Shown one piece after another: positions 1 to 9,691 of a stretch of DNA of 32,000 nt; within the stretch, counting starts at the first letter, position 1, and the number at the start of each line of letters is the position of its first letter. Made by a program: the position numbers and the translations under genes. The DNA lies in the NCBI RefSeq assembly GCF_014252315.1, contig NZ_CP059216.1:554066-586065 (forward strand). The letters run 5' to 3'. The DNA is from Candidatus Saccharimonadota bacterium. Lineage in GTDB: Bacteria; Bacteroidota; Bacteroidia; Flavobacteriales; Blattabacteriaceae. A model generated the notes under the pieces. It made no database searches, was not told the DNA's origin, and saw only the letters and a list, made by a program, of their open reading frames with translations.

Positions 1-2525
1 TCTAATAAATTATATATCATATTAGATATATCTATATGTAATTCATTTCCAAATAATGCATTTTTTCTTTTATTATAAATAAATTCTCTTTGTTTGTTAA
101 TTACATCATCATAATCTAATAAACGTTTTCTAATTCCAAAATTATTATCTTCTATTTTTTTTTGTGCTTTTTCAATAGATCTTGTTAATAATGGATGTTG
201 AATAATATCACCTTCTTTATGCCCAAATTTATCCATTAACTTTGAAAGTTTTTCTGAATCAAAAAACAATCTAATCAAATCATCTTCTAATGAAATATAA
301 AATTGAGTACTACCAGGATCACCTTGTCTACCAGATCTTCCTCTCAATTGGTTATCAACTCTTCTAGAATCATGTCTTTCTGTTCCTATTACAGCTAATC
401 CTCCATTATCAATTACTTCTTTTGATAATTTTATATCTGTTCCTCTTCCAGCCATATTTGTAGCTATTGTTACAGATCCTGATAACCCTGCTTTTGATAT
501 AATATCAGCCTCTTTATCATGTAGTTTTGCATTTAAAACACTATGTTTTATTTTTCTAAATTTTAATGTTCTACTTAATAATTCTGAAACTTCAACAGAA
601 GTAGTTCCAACAAGAACAGGACGTTTTTCTTTTTTGGATAAATTAATTATTTTATTAATTATAGAATTATATTTTTCTCTTTTTGTTTTAAATACTAAAT
701 CTTGTAAATCTATTCTACGTACTGGTTTATGAGTAGGAACAACTACTACATCTAGTTTATAAATATGCCAGAATTCACTAGATTCTGTTTCAGCAGTTCC
801 TGTCATTCCAGATATTTTTTTATACATTCTAAAATAATTTTGTAAAGTTATAGTTGCAAAAGTTTGGCTAGAATGTTCTATATTAACATTTTCTTTTGCT
901 TCTATAGCTTGATGTAATCCATCTGAATATCTTCTTCCTTCCATTATTCTACCTGTTTGTTCATCTACTATTTTAACTTTTTTATTTAAAATAACATAAT
1001 CAACATCTTTTTCAAATAAAGTATATGCTTTAAGTAATTGATGAATTACATGAATTCTTTGTGATTTAACTAAAAAATTTTTAAGAATAATATCTTTTTC
1101 TCTTATTTCCTCTTCTTTAGATAATTTTTTTTTTTCTATTTCATAAAGTTCTGTATTAATATCTGGTAAAACGAAAAATTTTTCATTATTCATATTTCTT
1201 GATAAAAATTCAATTCCTTTATCAGTTAATTCTACAGTATTATTTTTTTCATCTATTACAAAATAAAGAGTATTATCAACTTTATACATATCTTTTCCAT
1301 GATCTTGTATATATTGATTTTCAATTTTTTGTAAAAGTGATCGTATATTTTTTTTACTTAAAAACTTTATTAAAGATTTTTTCTTAGGAAGACCACGATA
1401 TGCTTGAAATAATTTAAATCCACCTAATTTATTATCTCCATTATTAATTAATATTTTAGATTCTTGTAAAATACTATTAATTATCAAATTTTGTTTATTT
1501 ACTAGTGTTTCTACTTTATATTTAAAAATTTCAAATTCTTTTTTATTATCTTTATTGGGATCAATTGGTCCAGATATTATTAAAGGAGTACGTGCTTCAT
1601 CTATTAATACAGAATCTATTTCATCTATAATCGCATAATTTAAATTTCTTTGTACTAAATCTTCTTTATTTCCAACCATATTATCACGAAGATAATCAAA
1701 TCCAAATTCATTATTAGTACCATAAGTTATATCAGCATTATATGCTTTTTTTCTCATGTTAATATCAATAGAAGGATAATAATCAAGACAATCTACTCTT
1801 AATCCATGAAATTCCATTAAAGGCGCCATCCATTCTGTATCTCTTTTAGATAAATAATTATTAACAGTTACTATATGTACTCCTTTTCCAGATAAAGCAT
1901 TTAAATAAGCAGATAAAGTTGCCACAAATGTTTTTCCTTCTCCTGTTGCCATTTCAGCTATTTTTCCATTATGTAATATAACTCCACCTATTAATTGAAC
2001 ATCATAATGAACCATATCCCAAACTATAGGATTACCATATACATTCCATATATTATGCCATATAGTATTTCCATTTATTAAACAAACATATGGTTTAATT
2101 TTTGATAATTCTTTGTCAAAAGATGTAGATTTTACTACAATTCTTTTTTTTTCTTTAAAACGTTTAGCTGTTTCTTGAATAATAGCAAAAGATTCAGGTA
2201 AAATTTTTAGTAAAATTTTTTGTTCTGTTTCATACGATTTATTTTCTATTTCTTTTATTTTAAGAAAAATTTTTTCTATTTCATGAATAGAATTATTTTT
2301 TTTTAATTTTTCTAATAATTTTTGTTTTTGTATAAAAAATTCTTTATATGATTCTTGAACAATATTTTTTAAATAAATAGTTTTATTTCTTAATTCATTA
2401 TCTGATAATAAACTGATTTCTTTTTTTTTATCTTTAATTTTATCTAAAGTTATACCAATTTCTTTCAGATCTTTTTCATTTTTATTTAAAAAAAATTTAT
2501 TTAATATTTTTTTAATAAAATTCAT
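1..2525 (-). CDS. secA: Preprotein translocase ATPase SecA (partial; C-terminus lies beyond position 1)
   Basis: The minus-strand frame is open from the ATG (rc of 2523-2525) to the window edge. It is absent from the ORF track because it has no stop inside the window. I hand-translated 1-60 and 1921-1958 and both are in phase and open. N-terminus [23 protein letters not shown]... and Walker [14 protein letters not shown] (rc of 1921-1958) are SecA hallmarks. Confidence 0.93.
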   Translation of the reverse strand, partial: MNFIKKILNKFFLNKNEKDLKEIGITLDKIKDKKKEISLLSDNELRNKTIYLKNIVQESYKEFFIQKQKLLEKLKKNNSIHEIEKIFLKIKEIENKSYETEQKILLKILPESFAIIQETAKRFKEKKRIVVKSTSFDKELSKIKPYVCLINGNTIWHNIWNVYGNPIVWDMVHYDVQLIGGVILHNGKIAEMATGEGKTFVATLSAYLNALSGKGVHIVTVNNYLSKRDTEWMAPLMEFHGLRVDCLDYYPSIDINMRKKAYNADITYGTNNEFGFDYLRDNMVGNKEDLVQRNLNYAIIDEIDSVLIDEARTPLIISGPIDPNKDNKKEFEIFKYKVETLVNKQNLIINSILQESKILINNGDNKLGGFKLFQAYRGLPKKKSLIKFLSKKNIRSLLQKIENQYIQDHGKDMYKVDNTLYFVIDEKNNTVELTDKGIEFLSRNMNNEKFFVLPDINTELYEIEKKKLSKEEEIREKDIILKNFLVKSQRIHVIHQLLKAYTLFEKDVDYVILNKKVKIVDEQTGRIMEGRRYSDGLHQAIEAKENVNIEHSSQTFATITLQNYFRMYKKISGMTGTAETESSEFWHIYKLDVVVVPTHKPVRRIDLQDLVFKTKREKYNSIINKIINLSKKEKRPVLVGTTSVEVSELLSRTLKFRKIKHSVLNAKLHDKEADIISKAGLSGSVTIATNMAGRGTDIKLSKEVIDNGGLAVIGTERHDSRRVDNQLRGRSGRQGDPGSTQFYISLEDDLIRLFFDSEKLSKLMDKFGHKEGDIIQHPLLTRSIEKAQKKIEDNNFGIRKRLLDYDDVINKQREFIYNKRKNALFGNELHIDISNMIYNLL

Positions 2526-2548
2526 TGATTAATAAATATGAGAATTAT

Positions 2549-2782
2549 TCAAAGTTCATACTCATCTCTATTCCAATAAAAATCTTCATCATCACGAGGA
2601 TAGTCTGCCCAAATATCTTCTATAGATTCAAAAATTTCTCCATCACCATTTTCCAATTGTTGTAAATTTTCTACTACTTCTAGAGGAGCGCCAGTTCTAA
2701 CAGCAAAATCAATTAACTCTTCTTTTGTTGCTGGCCATGGAGCATCCTCTAAATGAGATGCTAATTCTAGAGTCCAATACAT
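2549..2782 (-). CDS. DUF2795-family small acidic protein (conserved Bacteroidota protein of unknown function)
   Basis: The track ORF is 2549..2806. The family-typical N-terminus MYWTLELASHLEDAPWPATKEELIDFAVRTGAPLEVVENLQ starts at the internal ATG (rc 2780-2782), so I place the start there. The gene is noticeably more GC-rich than its surroundings. Confidence 0.8.
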   Translation of the reverse strand: MYWTLELASHLEDAPWPATKEELIDFAVRTGAPLEVVENLQQLENGDGEIFESIEDIWADYPRDDEDFYWNRDEYEL

Positions 2783-2941
2783 AACAATCATTAATGTTAA
2801 AAACAAATAAATAAAAAGTAATATATATATTTATGTTTTTGATTTTCAAAAAAATCAATTCAAATAATCAAACATTTTTATTATTTTATTAAGTAAAATA
2901 ATAAAGATAAAAATAGTGCATTTAAATTACAAATAATTTAT

Positions 2942-3877
2942 ATGAAAAAATTTCCAAAAATTATTTTCATGGGATCTAATAAATTTTCTTTATCTACATT
3001 AAAAGAATTATATAATAAAAAGTATAATATTATTGGAATAATTACAATTCCAGATCATAAAAAAAATTTTTCTCCTGTAAAAAAATATGCTTTAGAAAAA
3101 AAAATTCCATTTTTACAACCAAAAAATCTTTCAGATAACAAATTTTTAGAGAAAATAAAAATATGGAATGCAGACATACAAATTGTTGTTTCATTTCGAA
3201 TTTTACCAAAAGTAGTTTGGATTTATCCTAAATTAGGAACAATAAATTTGCATCCATCTTTATTACCTCAATATAAAGGAGCTGCTCCAATTAATTGGGT
3301 TATTATAAATGGAGAAAAAAAAACTGGAATAACTGTATTTTTTATAGAAGAAAAAATAGATTCTGGTAAAATAATATTACAACAAGAAATAAATATAAAA
3401 GAAAATGAAACTGCAGGACAGTTACAAAATAGATTAGAATATATTAGTAAATATATAATTGTTAATAGTTTAAATAAAATATTGAATAATGATAATATTT
3501 ATTGTAAAAAAAATATTTACTCATATCCATTAAAATATGCTCCTAAAATTTTTAAAAAAAATTGTAGAATTAAATGGAATAAATCAGTAAATTCTATATA
3601 TAACAAAATAAGAGGGCTTAGTCCTATTCCTACTGCATGGACATTTCTATTTATTAATTCGAAACCTTTTAGATTTAAGATTTTTCTTGCAAAAAAGAAA
3701 ATAAAAAATCATATTTTTCCTATAGGGAAGGTTATTATAGATATTGATAATATTTTAATATCAGTTAAAGAAGGTTTTATTTATATTATAGAATGTCAAA
3801 TAGAAGGGAAAAAAAAAATGAATGTAAAAAATTTTATCAATGGAATAAAAAAAAGAAAAAATATATTTGTTGAATGA
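2942..3877 (+). CDS. fmt: Methionyl-tRNA formyltransferase
   Basis: 311 aa with an ATG start. Formyltransferase core INLHPSLLPQYKGAAPINWVIINGEKKTGITVF and IDSG (the Asn/His/Asp catalytic pattern of Fmt). Confidence 0.92.
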   Translation: MKKFPKIIFMGSNKFSLSTLKELYNKKYNIIGIITIPDHKKNFSPVKKYALEKKIPFLQPKNLSDNKFLEKIKIWNADIQIVVSFRILPKVVWIYPKLGTINLHPSLLPQYKGAAPINWVIINGEKKTGITVFFIEEKIDSGKIILQQEINIKENETAGQLQNRLEYISKYIIVNSLNKILNNDNIYCKKNIYSYPLKYAPKIFKKNCRIKWNKSVNSIYNKIRGLSPIPTAWTFLFINSKPFRFKIFLAKKKIKNHIFPIGKVIIDIDNILISVKEGFIYIIECQIEGKKKMNVKNFINGIKKRKNIFVE

Positions 3878-3940
3878 AAATAAATAAGTAGTATAAGTTA
3901 TTTGTTATATTGTATATATATTTTTAAAAAAAAATAAAAC

Positions 3941-4207
3941 ATGAATAAAACAGAATTAGTTAATTCTATTGCAGAAAAAACAGGAATAACAAAAATAAAA
4001 GCAAAAAGTTTTACAGATGCATTTATTAAAACAGTAATTGAATGTTTAAAAAAAGGAGATAAGGTTACTCTTGTCGGATTTGGAACATTTACTGTAGTAA
4101 AAAGAAATCCAAGAAACGGTGTTAATCCTAGAACAGGAAAAAAAATATATATTCCGGGAAAAAAAGTAGCAAAATTTAAAATAGGAGCTGAATTAACAAA
4201 ATTATAA
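3941..4207 (+). CDS. hup: HU family DNA-binding protein
   Basis: 88 aa. MNKTELV... GFGTFTVVKRNPRNGVNPRTGKKIYIPGKKVAKFKIG matches the HU/IHF signature arm. Confidence 0.9.
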   Translation: MNKTELVNSIAEKTGITKIKAKSFTDAFIKTVIECLKKGDKVTLVGFGTFTVVKRNPRNGVNPRTGKKIYIPGKKVAKFKIGAELTKL

Positions 4208-4217
4208 ATATTTTAAT

Positions 4218-4269
4218 ATAAAATAATGAGATAAAATTTATTAATTAAATTTTATCTCCATTATTTTAT
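4218..4269. terminator. Long AT-rich hairpin between convergent hup and pdxH (candidate bidirectional intrinsic terminator)
   Basis: 4228-4240 (gagataaaattta) pairs perfectly with 4246-4258 (taaattttatctc), giving a 13 bp stem with loop ttaat. With one bulged C (4259) the pairing extends outward to about 4218/4269. T-runs flank it on both strands. It sits between the hup stop (4205-4207) and the pdxH stop (4276-4278). Confidence 0.5.
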
Positions 4270-4275
4270 TTATGA

Positions 4276-4932
4276 TTATGGTGATAATATTTGTATAATC
4301 CATTCTTTGTTTTCTATTAGTTTATAGACTATTCTATCATGAAGTCTATTGGATGATCCTTGCCAAAATTCCATTTTATATGGATCTACAATATATCCTC
4401 CCCAGTAGAATGGACGAGTTAATTTTTTTTTTGTAAAATATTTATCCCATTTTTTATATTTATTTATTAAATATTTCCTAGAAGGAATAATAGAACTTTG
4501 TTTTGAAGACCAACATCCTATTTTATTTTCTCTAGGTCTTTTATCAAAATATTCATCTGATTTTTTTTTATTTATTTTATAAGTTATTCCTTTTATAATA
4601 ACTTGTCTTTCTGTTTTTTCCCAAAAAAATGAAAGACAAACCTTTGGAAATTTTTTAATTGATATTCCCTTAATACTAAGGTAATTAGTATAAAATACAA
4701 ATCCTTTATTTGAATATTCTTTTAGTAATACAATTCTTGTATCCGGACTTCCATCAATTCCTATTGTAGATAAAGACATAGCATTAATTTCTTGATTTAA
4801 ATTTTCATTTTTATGAATCAATTTTTCTTTTTGAAACCAATTATGAAACAGTTGAAAAGGATTTTTTTGTATGCTATATTCTGATAAATTTTTTTTGTAA
4901 TTTTTTCTTAAACTACTTAAATCAATATTCAT
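4276..4932 (-). CDS. pdxH: Pyridoxamine/pyridoxine 5'-phosphate oxidase
   Basis: 218 aa with an ATG start. RIVLLKEY..GFVFYTNY.S.KG and the C-terminal FWQGSSNRLHDR are PNPOx family motifs. Confidence 0.9.
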   Translation of the reverse strand: MNIDLSSLRKNYKKNLSEYSIQKNPFQLFHNWFQKEKLIHKNENLNQEINAMSLSTIGIDGSPDTRIVLLKEYSNKGFVFYTNYLSIKGISIKKFPKVCLSFFWEKTERQVIIKGITYKINKKKSDEYFDKRPRENKIGCWSSKQSSIIPSRKYLINKYKKWDKYFTKKKLTRPFYWGGYIVDPYKMEFWQGSSNRLHDRIVYKLIENKEWIIQILSP

Positions 4933-4998
4933 TATATAAACTATTAGAAATATATATTTAAATTTAGAAAAATAAATAAAAATATATCATTATTTAAA

Positions 4999-5073
4999 AG
5001 CGTGGTAGCTCAGATTGGTTAGAGCGTTGGATTCATAACCCAGAGGTCGGGGGTTCAATTCCCCCTCACGCTA
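4999..5073 (+). tRNA. tRNA with CAT anticodon (Met-type; initiator vs elongator Met vs Ile2-lysidine not resolvable by eye)
   Basis: Hand-folded cloverleaf: acceptor AGCGTGG/TCACGCT (7 bp, one G-U), D stem GCTC/GAGC, anticodon arm TTGGA-TTCATAA-CCCAG (anticodon CAT; A31.C39 mismatch), T arm GGGGG-TTCAATT-CCCCC, discriminator A. No encoded CCA. Confidence 0.9.
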
Positions 5074-5162
5074 TTTTATTTTTTTAATACAAATTTTAAA
5101 TTTAAAGTTATATAAAAACAAATATTAAATTATATTAACTCATAACTCTTTATAATATAAAT

Positions 5163-7250
5163 ATGAAAATATCATACAACTGGATAAAAGAATATTTATA
5201 TCCTATAAATTTTAACGAATATGAAATATCTGAAATATTAACAAACATAGGAATAACAGTAAAATATACTGAAACTATTAATAATGATATAATTTTTAAT
5301 ATAGATTCAATACCTAATCGAAATGATACAACAAATCATTATAGTATAGCAAAAAATTTGTATTCAAAATTAAAATTTAATGGATATAATGATATAAAAA
5401 TTAAAAAATTAAAAATATTAAAAAATAATAAATTTTTTTCAAACAATATTTCTGTTTTTTTTGAAGAAAAAGAAAAATGTATAAGATATTCTGGATTATC
5501 TTTTTCTAATCTAAAAATAGATTATTCTCCTAAATGGTTAATTCAAAAACTTGAATCAATAGGTATTAAATCTATTAATAATATTACAGATATAGTAAAT
5601 TTTGTAATTTATGAATTAGGAATTCCTATACATTTATTTGATTCAGATCAAATAAATGGTAAAAAAATATTTATAAAAAAGTTAAATGAAAAAATACAAT
5701 TTAAATCTGAAGATAATATATTAAGATATATAGATAAAAATGATATAGTAATATCTGATGAAAAAAATGTTTTATCTATAGCTGGAATATTAAATCATAT
5801 AAAAAATGGAATTGTACATAAAAAAACTAATAATATTTTTTTAGGAATTATATGTTTACCTCCTTCTTTAGTATTTTTTTTAAAAAAAAAGTATTCAATT
5901 CATACAAAAAATCAATTTTTTTTAGAAAAAGGAATTGATCCTAATCAAATTACTTATGTATTATATAGAATAATTTTTTTAATTAAAAATATTATATCTT
6001 CAGATAGTTATCATATAAAATTTTCTAATATTGTAGATTTTTATCCAAAAAAAATTAAACCTACTATAATAAAATTAAGATATAAAAGAGTATTAGAAAT
6101 TATTGGAGAAAATATTTCAAATAACATAATAAAAAAATTATTATTATTACTTGATATATCTATAAAAGAAGAAAATAAAGAATACATAATTGTTTCTATT
6201 CCTACATGTAGAATAGATATAAAAAGAGAAATAGATTTAATAGAAGAGATTTTACGTATTTATGGAATAAATAATATAAAAACAAATGATTATATTAAAA
6301 CACCTTTAATTCAAAAAACATTTTATAAAGAAGAATTTGAAATACAAAAAATTATTTATGAACAATTAATTGGAAATGGATTTCAAGAAATAATTTCTTA
6401 TGCAATAAGAAATTATTCAAAAAAAGAATTACTTATTAATTCTTTTTTTAATATAAAAGAATTAAATATTGTTAATTCTATTAATAATAAAAATCAAATA
6501 ATGAGATCAAGTTTAATATTTAGTATGATAGATTGTATAAAATATAATTATAGTCATAATAAAGTTATTATAAATAATAAACTAATTAAATTATTTGAGT
6601 TAGGAAAGATATATTATAAAAAAAAATTACAATTATTTGAAAAAACAATACTTGGAATAATTATATCGCAAAAAATAAATAATGTAAAAATGAAAATAAA
6701 TAATTTTTTTTATTTAAAAAACGTTATTTTACAAATTTTTCATAGAGTTGGTATTTTTGATTATACACAATCATTTGTTAATAGACATCCTATATTAGAT
6801 AATTGTTTATCTATTTCATATAATAAAAAAGAGTTGTTGTTAATTGGAATAGTAAATAATTTTTTTAATAAAAATTATAATATATTTTATTCTGAATTAA
6901 ATTGGGAATATTTAATTTCTATTATTCAAAATAATTATATCACATATGATACAATATCAAAATATCCAATTTCTAGAAGAGACTTATCTTTTTTAATAGA
7001 TAAAAATATTACTTTTGAAAGTATAAACAAATTTATTAACAGCAAAAAAAATAAATATTTTAAAATAGTACATATATATGATATATATGAAGGACAAAAT
7101 ATTTCTAGTAAAAAAAAATCTTATACCGCTAGCTTTTTTTTTGAAAACAAAAAAAAAACATTAACAAATAAAATTATTAATGATTCATTAAATGAAATAA
7201 AATTTCTATTAAAAAAAGAATTTAAAGCAGAAATAAGAGATAAAATTTAA
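5163..7250 (+). CDS. pheT: Phenylalanine--tRNA ligase beta subunit (short form lacking the B2 tRNA-binding domain)
   Basis: 695 aa. It has the family N-terminus MKISYNWIKEYL and the motif IDSIPNRNDTTNHYSIAKNL (family D.TPNR.D......G.AR..). The C-terminal FDX-ACB-like region ends ..YDIYEGQNISSKKKSYTASFFF. Confidence 0.9.
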   Translation: MKISYNWIKEYLYPINFNEYEISEILTNIGITVKYTETINNDIIFNIDSIPNRNDTTNHYSIAKNLYSKLKFNGYNDIKIKKLKILKNNKFFSNNISVFFEEKEKCIRYSGLSFSNLKIDYSPKWLIQKLESIGIKSINNITDIVNFVIYELGIPIHLFDSDQINGKKIFIKKLNEKIQFKSEDNILRYIDKNDIVISDEKNVLSIAGILNHIKNGIVHKKTNNIFLGIICLPPSLVFFLKKKYSIHTKNQFFLEKGIDPNQITYVLYRIIFLIKNIISSDSYHIKFSNIVDFYPKKIKPTIIKLRYKRVLEIIGENISNNIIKKLLLLLDISIKEENKEYIIVSIPTCRIDIKREIDLIEEILRIYGINNIKTNDYIKTPLIQKTFYKEEFEIQKIIYEQLIGNGFQEIISYAIRNYSKKELLINSFFNIKELNIVNSINNKNQIMRSSLIFSMIDCIKYNYSHNKVIINNKLIKLFELGKIYYKKKLQLFEKTILGIIISQKINNVKMKINNFFYLKNVILQIFHRVGIFDYTQSFVNRHPILDNCLSISYNKKELLLIGIVNNFFNKNYNIFYSELNWEYLISIIQNNYITYDTISKYPISRRDLSFLIDKNITFESINKFINSKKNKYFKIVHIYDIYEGQNISSKKKSYTASFFFENKKKTLTNKIINDSLNEIKFLLKKEFKAEIRDKI

Positions 7251-8686
7251 TCTATATTGGAAGATATATTTTTCAATATATTTTTCATACTAGTTATTTC
7301 TTCTATTTTTTTAGATATTTTTTTTATATGAATTCGTTCTTGTTTCATACTATCTCTATAACGTACAGTTACAGTATTTGTATTTATAGTTTCATAATCA
7401 ACTGTAAAACATAATGGAGTACCTATAGCATCTTGTCTACGATATAATTTTCCTATTGAACTTTTAGAATCATATTCAACTTTATATTCAATTTTTAAAT
7501 CATTGAATATTTTTTTTGCTAACTTTGAAAGTTCATTTTTGTTTACTAATGGAAATATTGCAGCTTTTACTGGTGACAAATAAAAAGGTAATTTTAAAAT
7601 TATACGATCATTTCCATTTTCTAATTTTTCTTTACTAAGAGTAGAAGATAATACAGATAAAAACATTCTATCTAATCCTAAAGAAGTTTCTATTACATAT
7701 GGTCTATAATTATTTTTATTTTCAACTATTCTTAATTTTTTTTTGGAAAAAACTTCATGTTGTTTTAAATCAAAATCTCTTCTAGAATGAATCCCTTCTA
7801 ATTCTTTAAATCCAAAAGGAAATTTAAATTGTATATCTACACCTAAATTAGCATAATGAGCAAGATTTTGATGATTATATAATTTATATTTATCTTTTCC
7901 TAAGTTTAGTTCAAGATGCCATTTTAAACGCATTTTTTTCCAATAATTATACCATTTATTTTCTTCTTCTTTTTTAGGAGAAATAAAAAATTGCATTTCC
8001 ATTTGTTCAAATTCTCTTAATCTGAATAAAAATTGTCTAGCAACAATTTCATTTCTAAATGATTTTCCTATTTGAGCAACTCCAAATGGAATATTTATTC
8101 TATTAGATTTTTTAATATTATTAAAATTACAATATATATTTTGAGCAGTTTCTGGACGAAGAAATAAATTTTCTATATACTTAATTTTAAACATCATATT
8201 AAAAAAGTGGATATTTGTCCAATTTTTACTACCATTATCTGGATCAGATATTTGTAATTGATTTATTAATTTTTTTATATCTAAAAAATCCTTTTTATTC
8301 AAAGAATAATATAATCTAGATAATATTTTATTTTTTTTTTCTAAATTTTTAGAAAAATTTTTTTTTACATAATTTTCAATCAATATATCAGGACGATATC
8401 TTTTTTTAGAATCTTTATTATCTATTAATAATTCATTAAATTTTTTCAAATGACCAGAAGCTTTCCATACATTAATATCCGTTAAAATAGATGAATCCAT
8501 TCCTATTATATTTTCATGAACTTGAGTCATTGATTCCCACCAATATTTTTTAATATTATTTTTTAATTCAACTCCATATTGTCCATAATCATATACAGCA
8601 TTAATTCCTCCATAAATTTCATTAGATGGAAAAATAAATCCATATCTTTTGGAATAAGAAACTAAAAAATCAAAAAAATTTTTCAT
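7247..8686 (-). CDS. glyQS: Glycine--tRNA ligase (single-chain dimeric class II type)
   Basis: 479 aa. N-terminus ..SKRYGFIFPSNEIYGGINAVYDYGQYGVELKNNIKKYWW and FRNEI..R.FLFRLREFEQMEMQFF are GlyQS class II motifs. Confidence 0.92.
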   Translation of the reverse strand: MKNFFDFLVSYSKRYGFIFPSNEIYGGINAVYDYGQYGVELKNNIKKYWWESMTQVHENIIGMDSSILTDINVWKASGHLKKFNELLIDNKDSKKRYRPDILIENYVKKNFSKNLEKKNKILSRLYYSLNKKDFLDIKKLINQLQISDPDNGSKNWTNIHFFNMMFKIKYIENLFLRPETAQNIYCNFNNIKKSNRINIPFGVAQIGKSFRNEIVARQFLFRLREFEQMEMQFFISPKKEEENKWYNYWKKMRLKWHLELNLGKDKYKLYNHQNLAHYANLGVDIQFKFPFGFKELEGIHSRRDFDLKQHEVFSKKKLRIVENKNNYRPYVIETSLGLDRMFLSVLSSTLSKEKLENGNDRIILKLPFYLSPVKAAIFPLVNKNELSKLAKKIFNDLKIEYKVEYDSKSSIGKLYRRQDAIGTPLCFTVDYETINTNTVTVRYRDSMKQERIHIKKISKKIEEITSMKNILKNISSNID

Positions 8687-8693
8687 AAATATA

Positions 8694-9671
8694 TTATTTT
8701 CTTTTTAAAAGATTTAAATATTTATATAAATCCATAGCAGCCATACATCCACTTCCAGCAGAAGTAATTGCCTGTTTATAATTGGAATCCTGAACATCTC
8801 CTGCAGCAAATACACCATGGTTACTAGTTAAAGTAGATTTATTTTTTGTTAAAATAAATCCATTATTGTCTAAATCTATTTTATTTATAAATATTTTTGT
8901 ATTTGGAAAATTTCCTATTGCAATAAATAATCCACTAATTAATTTAGTATAATATTTATTTTCTTTATTATTAAAAATTTCTATTCCTTTTAAAATATTA
9001 TCTCCTATAATTTTTTTTATAGTAGACCTAAATAATAAATATATATTACGTTTTTTCATTATCTGATTTTGTAGTATTTCAGATCCTTTTAAATAATCTT
9101 TTCTCACTATCAAATAAACTTTATTACAAATATCAGATAGATAATTAGCTTCTTCCAAAGCTGTATCACCTCCACCTATTACTGCTACATCTTTTTTTTT
9201 ATGGAAAAACCCATCACAAGTAGCACAAAAAGAAATTCCCATTCCTAATAATTCTTTTTCTTTTTCAATTCCAATTATCTTAGGACAAGATCCTGTAGCA
9301 ATAATAATTCCTTTACTTAAAATTTTGTTATTATGTCCATAAAAAATTTCATGTAATCCACCTAATTTATTACATAATATAACATCAGTAACGGATTCAT
9401 TTAATATTTTTACATTAAAACGTTCTGCTTGTTTTCTACAAGAATCCATAAATTCATTTCCATCAATTCCATTAGGAAATCCTAAATAATTATCAATATA
9501 ATTTGTAGTTGTTAATTGCCCCCCTGGTAAATTACCTAAAAAAATAATTGGATCTAATCCATATCTAGCAGCATAAATAGATGCAGAATATCCAGCTGGA
9601 CCAGATCCAATTATTATGCAATTATATATTTTATCTTTATTATTTAAATAATATTTTTTATTAAATTTCAT
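8694..9671 (-). CDS. trxB: Thioredoxin-disulfide reductase
   Basis: 325 aa. FAD motif IIGSGPAGYSASIYAAR, redox-active CATCDG, and NADPH motif VAVIGGGDTALEEA. Confidence 0.93.
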   Translation of the reverse strand: MKFNKKYYLNNKDKIYNCIIIGSGPAGYSASIYAARYGLDPIIFLGNLPGGQLTTTNYIDNYLGFPNGIDGNEFMDSCRKQAERFNVKILNESVTDVILCNKLGGLHEIFYGHNNKILSKGIIIATGSCPKIIGIEKEKELLGMGISFCATCDGFFHKKKDVAVIGGGDTALEEANYLSDICNKVYLIVRKDYLKGSEILQNQIMKKRNIYLLFRSTIKKIIGDNILKGIEIFNNKENKYYTKLISGLFIAIGNFPNTKIFINKIDLDNNGFILTKNKSTLTSNHGVFAAGDVQDSNYKQAITSAGSGCMAAMDLYKYLNLLKRK

Positions 9672-9691
9672 ATTACTTTATACTATAAATT

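Noticed and set aside
1199-1387. 62-aa plus-strand ORF from the track
   Set aside because: It lies entirely antisense within secA. The sequence is low-complexity and Phe/Leu/Tyr-rich, as expected from the reverse complement of Lys/Asn/Ile codons. No family resemblance.
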